DNA of 63,623 bases, the filler included, from Sandaracinaceae bacterium (GTDB lineage: Bacteria; Myxococcota_A; Polyangia; Polyangiales; JADJQN01), in NCBI GenBank assembly GCA_947483975.1. It is 6 parts of 6 records of this genome, joined end to end, with 100 filler letters (N's around TTAATTAATTAA, not from the genome) between each part and the next. Parts side by side here need not be neighbours in the genome. Positions count along the whole stretch, not along the records: positions 42,634 to 53,082 come from CANKOL010000171.1; 5 more parts are not named here. One strand, 5' to 3'. Positions 42,634 through 52,654 of this stretch are shown one piece after another. Positions within the stretch are counted from its first letter, which is position 1. Each line of letters starts with the position of its first letter. A program made the translations under genes and the position numbers. The notes beneath the pieces were generated by a model. It was not told the DNA's origin, searched no databases, and was given only the letters and a program-made list of their open reading frames with translations.

Positions 42634-43779
42634 CGTCGGCGCCTGCGCAGGAGCGGGAGAGCCCGCGTCGACGCCCGCGTCAGGCGCTCTGCGCGTGGCC
42701 CCGCGCACTCCGCCATCGGGCGCGTCTCTCGCGTGACGGGGCGCGGTGAGCGGCGCCTCCGCCTCGTTGCCGAGCGGCAGCGGCTGCGGCGGGCCGTACT
42801 CCTGCGCGGCGGCGTCCCAGAGGCGCACGGTGCGCTCGACGTAGCGGACGCACTGCCCGTTCTCGAAGTCGCCGAGGCTCGCCTCGACCGCGGCGAGCGT
42901 CGGCACGCGGGTCGAGGTCTCGCAGACGCGATTGCCGTGGTCGGTCGCGGTCGCCCAGCGCTGCCGCACGACGAGGTCGCGGTCACCGTCGTGGTCTTGG
43001 TCCGGGAACCCAACCCACGCGTCGAGCGTCGGGATGCAGCTCGCCTGCTCCTCATGCGTCTCCACGACCAGCGGCGCGCCGCCGTCCACGCGCAAGAACG
43101 CCTGAAACGCGGCGACCATCCCGCCGCAGCCGCACTGCTGCGCGTGAAAGAGCGGGTCGCCCGTGACGCGCACGCGATACGGCCCCTCGAGCCCGCGCGC
43201 CGCAGGCTCGACGACCACCTTCAGCACGGTCGCGAACGGCCCCACGTTGTCGTCGTCGTACTCGGCGATGCACACGTCCGGATAGAGGACCGCCGCCGAG
43301 TCGATCGTCGCCTCACGCGCGCCCGTCGGCACCGACAGCCGCGCGCTCCAGAGGTCCGGACAGCTCGCGTCCACGTGACTCCCCGGCTCGGGGTGCGCGC
43401 TCTGCCGCGGCCGCGGCTGCGCGACGCGAAACATCACCACCGCGGCGACGCCCGCCGTCCCGCTCCGCGCCTGCACATCGAGCAAGCGCAGGTCCGGGTC
43501 GTCTTCCGGTCCGCCGAAGTTCAGCTCTGCCGGGCGCCCCCCTTCGACGTGCCGGAGCAGCGCGCGCGGGAACGCGCGACGAAGCGCGCGGACGATGAGC
43601 GCGTCCGCGCGATGGGTCGGCGTGCCCGCCCAAGCGACGAGCGGCGTCGTCGTACTCTCCGGCGGGGCACGGCGCTGCGCGCGAGCCGTCGAGACGGTGA
43701 GGAGGCCCAGCACGGCGACGGCGGAGGCGAGCGCGAGGAAGCTCGAACCCCTGACAAAGGAAGGCGAGAGTGGGCGCAC
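42634..43779 (-). CDS. Secreted hypothetical protein, 3'-truncated
   Basis: Signal peptide (ARA/Q), several Cys, DQDHDGDRD Ca-binding-like loop. Confidence 0.6.
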
Positions 43780-43879
43780 GCCTCAGAGGCTGTCAAACGG
43801 CGTCTGCGAAGTCAAAGAGGAACACCCCCCGCGCGCTCACCCCGCAGCGCCACCCGCCGCTCGTGGTAAAAGCGGGCCG

Positions 43880-45583
43880 ATGGCCGCGGGAATGGTGAAG
43901 ATGCGAGACCGACCTGAGGCGTTCGTGGCGTGGCTCCTCGCGGACCGCGGCCGCCGCGCGCTTGAGGGCGCCGCGCTGCTCGTCGTGTTCGTCGCCGTCG
44001 CCTGGCCGCTCGCGCGCGCCGCGTGGCTGCCCTTCGTCGACTACCCCGAGCACCTCGGCACGATCGCCGCGCTCCACGGCGCGCGCACGCCGGCGTTCTC
44101 GCAGTTCTTCGTCGTCGACTACCCGCGCACGCAGTACCTGCTCTTCTACTTCCTCGGCGACGTGCTCGTGTCGCTCTTCGGCGTCGAGGGCGCCGGGCGC
44201 GCGACGGTGATCCTCTCGGTCGCGACGCTCCCGCTCGCCGTCGCCGTGTGGCTGCGCGAGCACGGGCGCCCGCCGCTGCTCGGCGCGCTCGCCGCCGGCA
44301 TCGCCATCCACACGTTCGTGATGTGGGGCTTCCTCAACTTCGCGATGGGCATGGTGCTCGCGCTCCTCGCCCTCGCCGCGCTCGCGCGCGTCGTCCGCCG
44401 CCCCGACGCGCTCTCCGCGCTCTGGCTCGCGCTCCTCGCGCTCGCGACCTTCTACGCGCACGCGCAGCTCTTCGCGTGGTTCGGGCTCGCCGCGATCGTG
44501 CAGACCGCCGCGATGGCGCCCTCCGCGGGCTTTGCGCGCACGCGCCGCGCCGTCGGCTACGGGGCCGTCGCCGCGCTCCCCGCCGTCGTCGGCGTGCTCG
44601 TCTGGCTGCGCAACTCCGGCGTCCTCGAGCGCGGCGTCGCCGGCACGCGCAACCCGCTCGCGGCTGGCGTCGGCAGCGCGCCGCCGAGCTTCCACCCGGC
44701 GCACGACACGCTGCGCGGCTGGCTCGGTCACTCGTTCGCGACGTGGACGGACGGCTCCGGCGAAGACGTCGCCCTCGCCTTCCTCTTCGCCGCGCTCCTC
44801 CTCCTCGCGCTCCGCGGCCTCAGCAGCGGCAGCAGCACGAGCAGCAGCGCCCGCCCCGCCGACGCCTTCGCGAAGTCTTTCCGCGCGCGCGCCCCGCTCG
44901 CCGCGCCCATCGCGAGCCTCGCGCCCGAGGCGGTGCTCGGGCTGACCTTCGCGCTCTATCTGTTTGCGCCGTTCAGCTACCGCTACATCGAGCCCATCAA
45001 CGAGCGCTTCCTGCCGCTGACGCTCGCGCTGCTGCCCGCGCTCGGCGCGCGCGGCCCGCTGACGCCGACCGTCCGCGCGATCGTTGCTGCAGCAACCGTC
45101 TCCGTCGCGCTCTTCGCCTCACACGTGCACGGCGCCGGCTTCGCGCGCACGGACGCCGAGATGGGCGACCTCCGCGAGGCCCTCTCGCACACGCGCCCCG
45201 GCCACCGCCTCCTCGGCCTCATCTTCGACAAGCAGAGCGCCGAGGTCCCGCTGCCCGTCTACCTGCACGCGCACCAGTACTACCAAGCGCACGTCGGCGG
45301 CCTCGCGGCCTTCGGCTTCGTCGAGTTCCCGATCTCGCCCATCCAGTACAAGCCCGGCGCCGAGCCCCCGCCCTTCCCCGCGCGCTTCGAGTGGACGCCC
45401 GAGCGCTACGACCACGCCGTCTACGGCGACGCCTTCGACTACTGGCTGATCCGCCACGCCCCCGGCCAGCCCGCCCCCGCCTCCCTCTTCCGCCGCCGCG
45501 CCCCGAGCGGCGCCGAGCCTCCCGCCGTCGCCTACGAAGGCGTACGCTGGACGCTGTTCGCTCGGCCCGGTCTCGAGCGCTAG
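43880..45583 (+). CDS. Polytopic membrane protein, probable GT-C glycosyltransferase
   Basis: LPFVDYPEHL acidic first loop, WGFLNF, 10+ TM segments, INERFLP, extracytoplasmic C-domain. Confidence 0.65.
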   Translation: MAAGMVKMRDRPEAFVAWLLADRGRRALEGAALLVVFVAVAWPLARAAWLPFVDYPEHLGTIAALHGARTPAFSQFFVVDYPRTQYLLFYFLGDVLVSLFGVEGAGRATVILSVATLPLAVAVWLREHGRPPLLGALAAGIAIHTFVMWGFLNFAMGMVLALLALAALARVVRRPDALSALWLALLALATFYAHAQLFAWFGLAAIVQTAAMAPSAGFARTRRAVGYGAVAALPAVVGVLVWLRNSGVLERGVAGTRNPLAAGVGSAPPSFHPAHDTLRGWLGHSFATWTDGSGEDVALAFLFAALLLLALRGLSSGSSTSSSARPADAFAKSFRARAPLAAPIASLAPEAVLGLTFALYLFAPFSYRYIEPINERFLPLTLALLPALGARGPLTPTVRAIVAAATVSVALFASHVHGAGFARTDAEMGDLREALSHTRPGHRLLGLIFDKQSAEVPLPVYLHAHQYYQAHVGGLAAFGFVEFPISPIQYKPGAEPPPFPARFEWTPERYDHAVYGDAFDYWLIRHAPGQPAPASLFRRRAPSGAEPPAVAYEGVRWTLFARPGLER

Positions 45584-45596
45584 CGCAGCCCGCCGA

Positions 45597-45714
45597 CCTC
45601 AACCTCGGTCGGCTCTGCCGCCACCCCAAACCTCAACCTTGGTCGGCTCTGCCGCCACCCCAAACCTCAACCTTGGTCGGCTCTGCCGCCACCCCAAACC
45701 TCAACCTTGGTCGG
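45597..45714. repeat. 34-bp tandem repeat x3.5
   Basis: CCTCAACCTYGGTCGGCTCTGCCGCCACCCCAAA at 45597, 45631, 45665 and 45699. Confidence 0.92.
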
Positions 45715-45765
45715 AGCCACCCGCGCGGTCATGGCGCGGAATCATTCAGGAAACATCCCCCGCGG

Positions 45766-45813
45766 ACTCCTCTCCCCAGCTCTCTCCTCGCGAGCGAGGA
45801 GAGGGGGACGGGA
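45766..45813. repeat. REP-like palindrome
   Basis: CTCCTCTCCCCAGCTCTCTCCTCGCGAGCGAGGAGAGGGGG. Confidence 0.7.
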
Positions 45814-45822
45814 GCGCCGCGA

Positions 45823-45980
45823 CTCAACCCCGGTCGGCCTCCGAACCTCAACCTCGGTCGGCCTCCGAACCACGTCGGTCGGCCTCCGAACCACCTTGGT
45901 CGGCGTCCGAACCTCAACCTTGGTCGCCCTGGCTCGGTCGCCCTGGCTGACCGTCCGGGCCTCAACCTCGGTCGGCCAAC
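45823..45980. repeat. Degenerate 21-24-bp repeats sharing the AACCTYGGTCGG core
   Basis: About 6 copies of (CTCA)ACCTCGGTCGGCCTCCGAAC. Confidence 0.8.
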
Positions 45981-46007
45981 CTCGCCCAACCTTCACCTTG
46001 CCTGCCT

Positions 46008-46130
46008 CCGGAACCCTCCCACCCGTTTTCCAAATCCCTCCCCCGGGTCCCGGGACCCCCCCTCCCGTTTTCCAAATCCTTCCGCCCGGTGCCGGGACCC
46101 CCCGATCGTTTTCCAAATCCCTCCGCCGCC
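46008..46130. repeat. 41-42-bp tandem repeat x3
   Basis: Invariant core CGTTTTCCAAATCC at 46024, 46066 and 46107. Confidence 0.85.
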
Positions 46131-46259
46131 CACCACCCACCTCTTACGCGACCCCACCAACCCGCAGCCCACCGCGCGCCGCTCCCGGCGATGTGCCGCG
46201 GCCGCGCCAGCGCCCGGCTCCCCCCGACGCACCTCTGCGACGGCGACCCCTTCCGATAG

Positions 46260-46298
46260 CTCCCGCCCGCTCGGGAGGGGGCGGGCTGGGGTGGGGGT
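46260..46298. repeat. REP-like palindrome, reverse orientation
   Basis: CTCCCGCCCGCTCGGGAGGGGGCGGGCTGGGGTGGGGG. Confidence 0.5.
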
Positions 46299-46388
46299 GC
46301 GACGTCCTCAATTGCACATTTGAAAGCCCCCCCGTATCGTTCCCCGCTACCCGGGCGCCCAGCCCGCCGTCGAAACAGGGGACCCCGC

Positions 46389-47207
46389 GTGCGCATGAAC
46401 CTCAGGAAGGTGCTCTTCATCCTTCCGAACCTCTTCACGCTCTCGAGCATCTTCTGCGGCTTCTACGCCGCGGTGCTCTGCCTCGGCGGGCGGGACGGCG
46501 CGCAGCCGACGGGCGACGACTTCAACCGCGCCGCGCTCCTGATCATCTTCGCCGGCTTCTTCGACGCGATGGACGGCCGCGTCGCGCGCCTGACCAAGAC
46601 GCAGAGCGCGTTCGGCGTGCAGATCGACTCGCTCGCGGACCTCTCGTCCTTCGGCGTCGCACCCGCGCTCCTCGTCTACCGCTGGTCGCTCTATTCGCTC
46701 GGCTCGCTCGGGCTCGCGGCGTCGTTCGGCTTCCTCGCCTGCGCGGCGATCCGCCTCGCGCGCTTCAACGTCCTCGCGATGAACGAGAGCGGCGCGCCGA
46801 AGAAGGCGGGCGGCTTCTTCTCTGGGCTGCCGACGCCCGGCGCCGCCGGCATCGTCGTCTCGCTGATCCTCGCCGACCACGCGCTCTCCGGGCGCCTGCC
46901 CGGCCCCTCGAGCCCGCTGCCTGTGCTCGCGGTCGTCGTCGGGATCTCGCTGCTGATGGTCAGCAACATCCCGTTCCGCACCTTCAAGAACGCCAAGTCG
47001 GGCCCGCGCACCTTCGCGTTCATCGCGCTCACGCTCGGCTCTGCGACGCTCGTCGGGCTGGTGTTCCATCCGTCGTTCGCGCTCGTCTGGCTGCTCGGCT
47101 GCTACGTCGTGATGGGCGTCCTCGAGGGCACGCTCGGGCTGTCCCGCCGCGTCACGCGCCGCGGCGCCCGCGCCGACCTCGAGCAGCCTGAGCGCGACTC
47201 CGAGTGA
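46389..47207 (+). CDS. pssA: CDP-diacylglycerol--serine O-phosphatidyltransferase
   Basis: LPNLFT, DAMDGRVAR..SAFGVQIDSLADLSSFGVAP, RLARFNV and FSGLPTP motifs. Confidence 0.92.
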   Translation: MRMNLRKVLFILPNLFTLSSIFCGFYAAVLCLGGRDGAQPTGDDFNRAALLIIFAGFFDAMDGRVARLTKTQSAFGVQIDSLADLSSFGVAPALLVYRWSLYSLGSLGLAASFGFLACAAIRLARFNVLAMNESGAPKKAGGFFSGLPTPGAAGIVVSLILADHALSGRLPGPSSPLPVLAVVVGISLLMVSNIPFRTFKNAKSGPRTFAFIALTLGSATLVGLVFHPSFALVWLLGCYVVMGVLEGTLGLSRRVTRRGARADLEQPERDSE

Positions 47208-47791
47208 CCTCGCCGCTCCGCGTGACCCCGCCGCATCGCCTCGCGCTCGCGCTGGTCCTCGCCGCCTCGAGCGCCTGCACGAGCACCCCCGCCACGCCGA
47301 CCCCCGCGGAGCTCCTCGCGAAGAGCTGCGCAGGCGCGCGCCTCGACGTCTGCGAGCCCTACGCCTACGCCATCGCGACGAGCGGCTCGATCACTCCGGA
47401 TATGCTGCGCATCGGCGACCTCGCGGCCGACGCGCGCATCCAAGCGACGCTCCACACCTGCGGCGCCGCTTCCCCCGCCGCGCACAGCATCCGCGTCGAG
47501 GCGCTCGCGACCGGCACCGTGCCCGACGGCGGCACCTCGACGCGCTCGTTCTTCCTCTTCGCCGCGGAGGACACCGACCGCGACGGCGTGATCGACGTCA
47601 CCGTGCCGAGCCCCTTCGACAGCAGCCTCCCGTCGAGCACGCCGGTCACGCTGCGCTTCACCCCGCGCATCAACGTCCCCGTCATGCTGCCCGACGGCAC
47701 GATCAGCACACGCTCCTGCAACGGCGCCTCCTTCACGACGCCCTACACGACGGGCGAGCCGTACATGATCACCCGCGACGCGGGGCTTTGA
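47204..47791 (+). CDS. Putative lipoprotein
   Basis: Lipobox SSAC. GTGA overlap with pssA. Confidence 0.65.
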   Translation: MTSPLRVTPPHRLALALVLAASSACTSTPATPTPAELLAKSCAGARLDVCEPYAYAIATSGSITPDMLRIGDLAADARIQATLHTCGAASPAAHSIRVEALATGTVPDGGTSTRSFFLFAAEDTDRDGVIDVTVPSPFDSSLPSSTPVTLRFTPRINVPVMLPDGTISTRSCNGASFTTPYTTGEPYMITRDAGL

Positions 47792-47794
47792 TTC

Positions 47795-48340
47795 TCACCA
47801 GCTGACGTGAAACAAACAGTGCTTGCCGCCCCAATCGCGGCAGCTCGCCGGGTCGTGCACGAGGAACGCGTTCGGCTCGAAGCGGCGCGCCATCTCGAGC
47901 ACCAGCCCGCCGTCGAACGCGCACGGATACGGGTTCTCGCAGTGCACGTCGGCTGAACGCTCGCCCGTCGCGGCGTAACCGTAGATGCCGATCTCGCCGC
48001 CCCGATGGTTGAGGTGATAGGCGACGTCGATCGCGGCGAGCGCCTTCTGCGCCGAGTCGATGGCGGGCGGGAAGTCCGCAGTGTCGGGGATCTGCTGCCC
48101 GATGATCATCAGCGTCTCGGTGCCGATGTCCCGCTGGATCCGTCGGAACGCCGCCACCCAGAGGACGGCGGGGTACCAGCCCTCGGGAGTGACCAGCGGC
48201 AGCCCCTCCTCGCGCATGATCTGATCGGCGACTGACTGAAACGCGCCGAACCCTCGGCTCATCGCGAGCACAGTCCGACCATTGACCGCGACCAACGGGC
48301 TCACGACGCCATCGAACGCGGTGCTGAACGGGGAGGTCAC
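47795..48340 (-). CDS. V4R-like small ligand-binding protein
   Basis: YHLNHRGGEIG, CENPYPCAFDGG and CRDWGGKHCLFHVSW motifs. AGGAG upstream. Confidence 0.65.
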   Translation of the reverse strand: MTSPFSTAFDGVVSPLVAVNGRTVLAMSRGFGAFQSVADQIMREEGLPLVTPEGWYPAVLWVAAFRRIQRDIGTETLMIIGQQIPDTADFPPAIDSAQKALAAIDVAYHLNHRGGEIGIYGYAATGERSADVHCENPYPCAFDGGLVLEMARRFEPNAFLVHDPASCRDWGGKHCLFHVSW

Positions 48341-48408
48341 GAGCGTCTACTCCTGCGTCTTACAAAGAGGCCCTACCTCTACCAGATATCCCTCGCCTCG
48401 GCATCGAC

Positions 48409-50169
48409 TCAGCGCACCCTCCGCGCGAGCCTCCGCCGCGCGTGCGCCGGGTTCTCGTACACGGTGACGATCGGCACGCCGTCGTAGGTCAGGACCGTCG
48501 CGGGCGTCGAGGTGCCGAAGGCGACCCAGATCTGAAAGTCGACCTCCGCGAAGTGCTTCTCGTGATGGACGAGCGCGTAGTCGGCGTGCGCGAGATCGCC
48601 CGCGGCGCGGATATTCTCGGGCAGGAGCCCGTCGCGCTGCAGCATCCGCCAAGCGCCCCAGGTCGTGTCGCAGAGCCACACGGTGCCGCCCTCGGGCATC
48701 TGCTGCTTGAACCACGGCACCAGGCTGCCCGTCGTGAAGCCCCAGAACTGCCGGTTCATGCCGAGCGTCGCGGCGCCGGGCACGCCGCCCGCGAGCATCC
48801 CGTAGTGCGAGAGCGCGAACGGGTGGCTGTGCGCGGTCTCCGCGAGCGAGGGCGCGAGCAGCACGAGCGCGGCGAGCGCGCGCACGACGACGCGCGGCGA
48901 CGGGATGCGCTGCCCGACGAGCTGCCGGAAGCCGCGCGTGACGTAGACGAAGCCGACGCCCGCGAAGAGCGCGAGGAACGGGTACGCCGCGAACCAGTGC
49001 TTGGTGCCGCCGAAGATCGGCGTCGACGGCAGCGCGATCACGAGCATCGGCTGCAGGAGCGCCCCGAGGAACAGCACATCCGTCGCGCGGCGGTCGGCCC
49101 GGATGACGCCCGTCGCGTGCAGAAACTGCGGCAGCGCGCGCTCCGCGAGCGACGCCGGCAAGAACGCGCGCGTGCGCCGCAGCAGCGCGCCGAGCGCGAG
49201 CACCAGCGTCGTCACGGGCACGGTGAACGCCGTCATCACGAACGGGTACGAGACGGGGAACGGCGGCCAGAAGTAGTTCCGGCCGAAGTACTCCATGTTG
49301 TAGTAGTCGTGGTGCAGGTGGAACGCGGCGTACTCGCGGAGGCGCGGCAGCGTCTCGTGCCAGATCCACGGCCAGCTCGCATAGAACACCAGCGGCCCGA
49401 GCGTGAGGATCGCGAGCAGCCACCACGGCACCAGCGAGACCTCGCGCACCCCGCCGCGGCGCCGCGCGCGCACCTCGCCGAGCGCCGCCCACACCCAGTG
49501 GATCACGAGCACGCCGGGCAAGAGCCACGCGTTGTGCTTGGTCGCGAGCGCCAAACCGTAGGTCACGCCCGTCGCCAGGACCCAGAACCAGCGGAAGCGA
49601 GAGAGCGTCAGCGAGCGCCAGTAGCAGTACGTGACGAGCGTCAGGAAGAAGACGATCGGCACGTCGAAGCAGTCGAGGTGCGCGTGATAAAAAACGCGCG
49701 GCATCAGCGCGAGCGAGGCCGCCGCGAAGGCGCCCGCCGCGCGCCCGAAGGTGCGCACGCCGAAGACGTAGACGAGCCAGAGCAGCAGGCCCGCCGTCAC
49801 CATCCCGGGGAAGCGAAACGCCAAAGAATCGTTGGGGAAGACGTGCCACTTCTGCTGCGCCATCCACGAGAACGCGAACAGCGCCTTCATCAGCGCGGGG
49901 TGCTCGTGGTTGTACGACCAGCCGCGCGTGATGGCCTCGGGCGTCATCGCCGCCGCGCGGTCGCTGCCGAGCTGCTCGAACCAGCCCGCGTAGCTCTGCG
50001 CCGCGTCGACGTAGAAGCTCTCGTCGCGCGCCATCGCGAGGTCGTTCGCCGTCGCGAGCAGCACCGCGACGTAGACGACGCACATCAGGAGCCCGGCGAG
50101 GTGATCGCGCCAGGTCGCGCGGGGCTCCGCGAGGACGCTGACGGCGGGGACTCCGAGCGTCGGCGTCAT
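48409..50169 (-). CDS. Glycosyltransferase family 39/83 (PMT/ArnT-like, GT-C)
   Basis: ARDESFY, EHPALMK, PRVFYHAHLDCFD and GLALATKHN motifs; many TM segments. ATGA overlap with the upstream gene. Confidence 0.85.
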   Translation of the reverse strand: MTPTLGVPAVSVLAEPRATWRDHLAGLLMCVVYVAVLLATANDLAMARDESFYVDAAQSYAGWFEQLGSDRAAAMTPEAITRGWSYNHEHPALMKALFAFSWMAQQKWHVFPNDSLAFRFPGMVTAGLLLWLVYVFGVRTFGRAAGAFAAASLALMPRVFYHAHLDCFDVPIVFFLTLVTYCYWRSLTLSRFRWFWVLATGVTYGLALATKHNAWLLPGVLVIHWVWAALGEVRARRRGGVREVSLVPWWLLAILTLGPLVFYASWPWIWHETLPRLREYAAFHLHHDYYNMEYFGRNYFWPPFPVSYPFVMTAFTVPVTTLVLALGALLRRTRAFLPASLAERALPQFLHATGVIRADRRATDVLFLGALLQPMLVIALPSTPIFGGTKHWFAAYPFLALFAGVGFVYVTRGFRQLVGQRIPSPRVVVRALAALVLLAPSLAETAHSHPFALSHYGMLAGGVPGAATLGMNRQFWGFTTGSLVPWFKQQMPEGGTVWLCDTTWGAWRMLQRDGLLPENIRAAGDLAHADYALVHHEKHFAEVDFQIWVAFGTSTPATVLTYDGVPIVTVYENPAHARRRLARRVR

Positions 50170-51224
50170 CGCGCGCTCCGCGGGCGGCGCGGGCCGTCTT
50201 CCGTGCGCGCGGCCCAGCAGAACGTGCGCAGGTTCGGGTTGACGGCGGTGACCTCGATGCTGACGTCGCCGCGCGTGCCGGGGCGCTCGGCGGTCGCGGC
50301 CTCCATGCGCTTCCAGCCGTCGAGATCGCGGTGAGTCATCGTGCCGACGACGATGCCGTCGACCTTGACCGCGACGTCGATGGGGCCGTTCTCGCCCATG
50401 CGCTCGTGCGTCGCGTAGACGCCGCCGTAGAGCACGAGGCGCGTGCCGAGCGGGACGTCGTGATAGGTGACGCGCACAGGCTCCGCGCCCGGCGGGTGCT
50501 GATAGACGCAGTAGCGCGCCTCGAGCGAGAGGTCCTCGTTGACGACGGGCGCGACCCAGAGCCACGGGCGGCGCGGGTCGCAGATGAAGCGCGCGGCGGG
50601 CGTCTCCGTGCCAGCGCCGACGCCGCCGCCCTCGGCCGAGCCGACGCGCCACGGACACGGCAGCTCGCGGTCGCCCTCGACGCGCACGACCTCCGCCTCG
50701 CGCACATGCTCGACGAGGTCGAAGCGCACGGGTGAAGCGCCGAGGTCCCAGCGAAGCACGCGGACCCTGCCGAACGCCTGCTCGAAGTCCGGGTCACGCG
50801 GCGGCGCGTCGTGGGGGCGCTCCCCGCGGACAGATAGCGCCCACATCCGCGTGAACGCGTCGGTGTCGCTGCGACCGGTCTGCGCGAGGGTGACGCGGTC
50901 CCCGAGCACGAGGCGCAGGACGGGGTCAGTCCACGCGGGCGCCGACGTGATGAGGTCGCCCGGGCGCTGCTGAGCGCGCACGAAGGTCGCCGCCGCGCGC
51001 CAGTCGCTGTGCGGCGCGACGCGAGAGACGCGGACCGCGAGCGAGGCGACCTCGATGAGCGCGAGGAGCGGCACGAGCAGCCAGAGATGGCGCGCGCTCG
51101 CCAGCCTCGCGCGGAGGCTCTGTCGCGCGCCATCCGGGCGCGGCGCTGCGGCGGGGACGCTTGGGCTCGTCGAGGCTTGGGTCACGCGGACGGGCGATCC
51201 TAGAGGGGCGCGCCGAGGTGTCAA
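50166..51224 (-). CDS. Membrane-anchored hypothetical protein
   Basis: TM segment, DWRAAATFVR..PGDLI (resembles GT-C C-terminal domains), Cys pairs. Start uncertain. Confidence 0.6.
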   Translation of the reverse strand: MTPRRAPLGSPVRVTQASTSPSVPAAAPRPDGARQSLRARLASARHLWLLVPLLALIEVASLAVRVSRVAPHSDWRAAATFVRAQQRPGDLITSAPAWTDPVLRLVLGDRVTLAQTGRSDTDAFTRMWALSVRGERPHDAPPRDPDFEQAFGRVRVLRWDLGASPVRFDLVEHVREAEVVRVEGDRELPCPWRVGSAEGGGVGAGTETPAARFICDPRRPWLWVAPVVNEDLSLEARYCVYQHPPGAEPVRVTYHDVPLGTRLVLYGGVYATHERMGENGPIDVAVKVDGIVVGTMTHRDLDGWKRMEAATAERPGTRGDVSIEVTAVNPNLRTFCWAARTEDGPRRPRSAR

Positions 51225-51319
51225 CGTGTGTTCGCCGAGGCGCCGCGCGGGAGGCGCTCGGCTTGCCGCGGGCGGGACGCAACTTGCTGATCGAGTGTGC
51301 GGACGAATACAATGAGCGG

Positions 51320-52654
51320 GTGGTATTCAACTTATCGCCTCACCTCCTTGCTTTCGCTCGCTGGGTCCCGACGCCGCGCGCTGCGGTGCCGCTGCTCGCC
51401 GCGCCGCTCCTGCTCGCGGCGCTGAGCGCCTGCGGCGACGACCGTCCGCCGCCGCCGCCGACCGACATGATGATCACGTTCGACGCCGGGGACGGCGGCA
51501 TGATCGTCGACGTCGACGCGCAGGCGAAGGACCTCGGCGGCATGGGGGTCGACGGCGGAGGCGGAGGCGGGCCTTGTCACGTCGAGGGCGCGGTGCTGAC
51601 GCTGGCGACGGACACCACCGACCGCACCGTGCGCCTCGTCGACGTCGCGGTCAGCGCCTCGACGTTCGTCGTCGCGTGGACCGACGCGCGCAGCGCCGTC
51701 GGCGACGCGTACGTCTACGCGTGGCCCGCGGCGGACGCGACGGGCCTCGAGCACCGCGTCACCGACGACTTCGCGCTGACGCGCGAGCCGCACCTCGGCG
51801 CGCGCACGGACGGCTTCACGGTCGGCTGGGTGGACAACACGACGGGCACGTTCGAGCTGTTCGCGCGGCCCCTCGACGCGGCGGGCATCCCGTCGGGCGC
51901 GGCGCAGCGCCTGACGAACAACGCGCTCCGCGAGGACTCGCCGCGCGTCGCCGGGCTCGGCGGCACCGCGACGATGTTCGCGTGGCTCGAGTCGGACGGC
52001 AGCGGGGGTCCGACGGTGACGCACGCGCTCCCGCTCGACGCGACGGGCGCCGCGGTCGGCGCGCCGACGCTCGCGACCGCCGCCCCGCGCCATCCCTCAG
52101 AGCTGACGCTCTCGCGCCTCGGCACGGGCGCCGCGCTCGCGTGGAACGAGGACGGCACGGTGTACCTGCAGCGGCTGACGAGCGCGGGCGTGATGGCCGG
52201 CGCCGCGGCGGCGATCAACACCGAGGCCAACGCGAGCGGCAGCGCGGCGCTCGCCCTCGACGCGACGGGCGGAGGCGTGGCGTTCGGCGTGCGCGTCGCC
52301 GGGGCGCGCGCGGAGATCCGCATGCGCACGGTCGGCCCGACGGGCGCGACGGTCGGCGCAGAGACGATCCTCACCGCGCCTCCTGCGACAGGCGCCGACC
52401 CGATGATCGCCGCCTACGCGTCGGGCTACGCCGTCGCGTACCGCGCCACGGCCGCCGACGGCACGAGCGCCATCCGCGTCGCCTTCGCGACCGCGACGGG
52501 CGAGTACTCGAGCAGCCTCGACGTCGCTGCGACGACCGCGACGGGCGGCGCGCCGCACCTCGCCGTCGCCCCCGACGGACGCATCCTCGTGGCTTGGATG
52601 GACGCGAACGCTCCGAGCGCCGACGTGCGCGCGGCAAAGGTGATCTGCGAATGA
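51320..52654 (+). CDS. Lipoprotein with beta-propeller-like repeats
   Basis: Lipobox LSAC, DAG/DGG linker, repeated V(A/G)W-x-D/E strands. TACAAT 6 nt upstream of the GTG. Confidence 0.72.
   Translation: MVFNLSPHLLAFARWVPTPRAAVPLLAAPLLLAALSACGDDRPPPPPTDMMITFDAGDGGMIVDVDAQAKDLGGMGVDGGGGGGPCHVEGAVLTLATDTTDRTVRLVDVAVSASTFVVAWTDARSAVGDAYVYAWPAADATGLEHRVTDDFALTREPHLGARTDGFTVGWVDNTTGTFELFARPLDAAGIPSGAAQRLTNNALREDSPRVAGLGGTATMFAWLESDGSGGPTVTHALPLDATGAAVGAPTLATAAPRHPSELTLSRLGTGAALAWNEDGTVYLQRLTSAGVMAGAAAAINTEANASGSAALALDATGGGVAFGVRVAGARAEIRMRTVGPTGATVGAETILTAPPATGADPMIAAYASGYAVAYRATAADGTSAIRVAFATATGEYSSSLDVAATTATGGAPHLAVAPDGRILVAWMDANAPSADVRAAKVICE

Noticed and set aside
45597..46130. CRISPR array
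   Set aside because: Units are head-to-tail with no unique 25-45-nt spacers, and there are no cas genes in the window.
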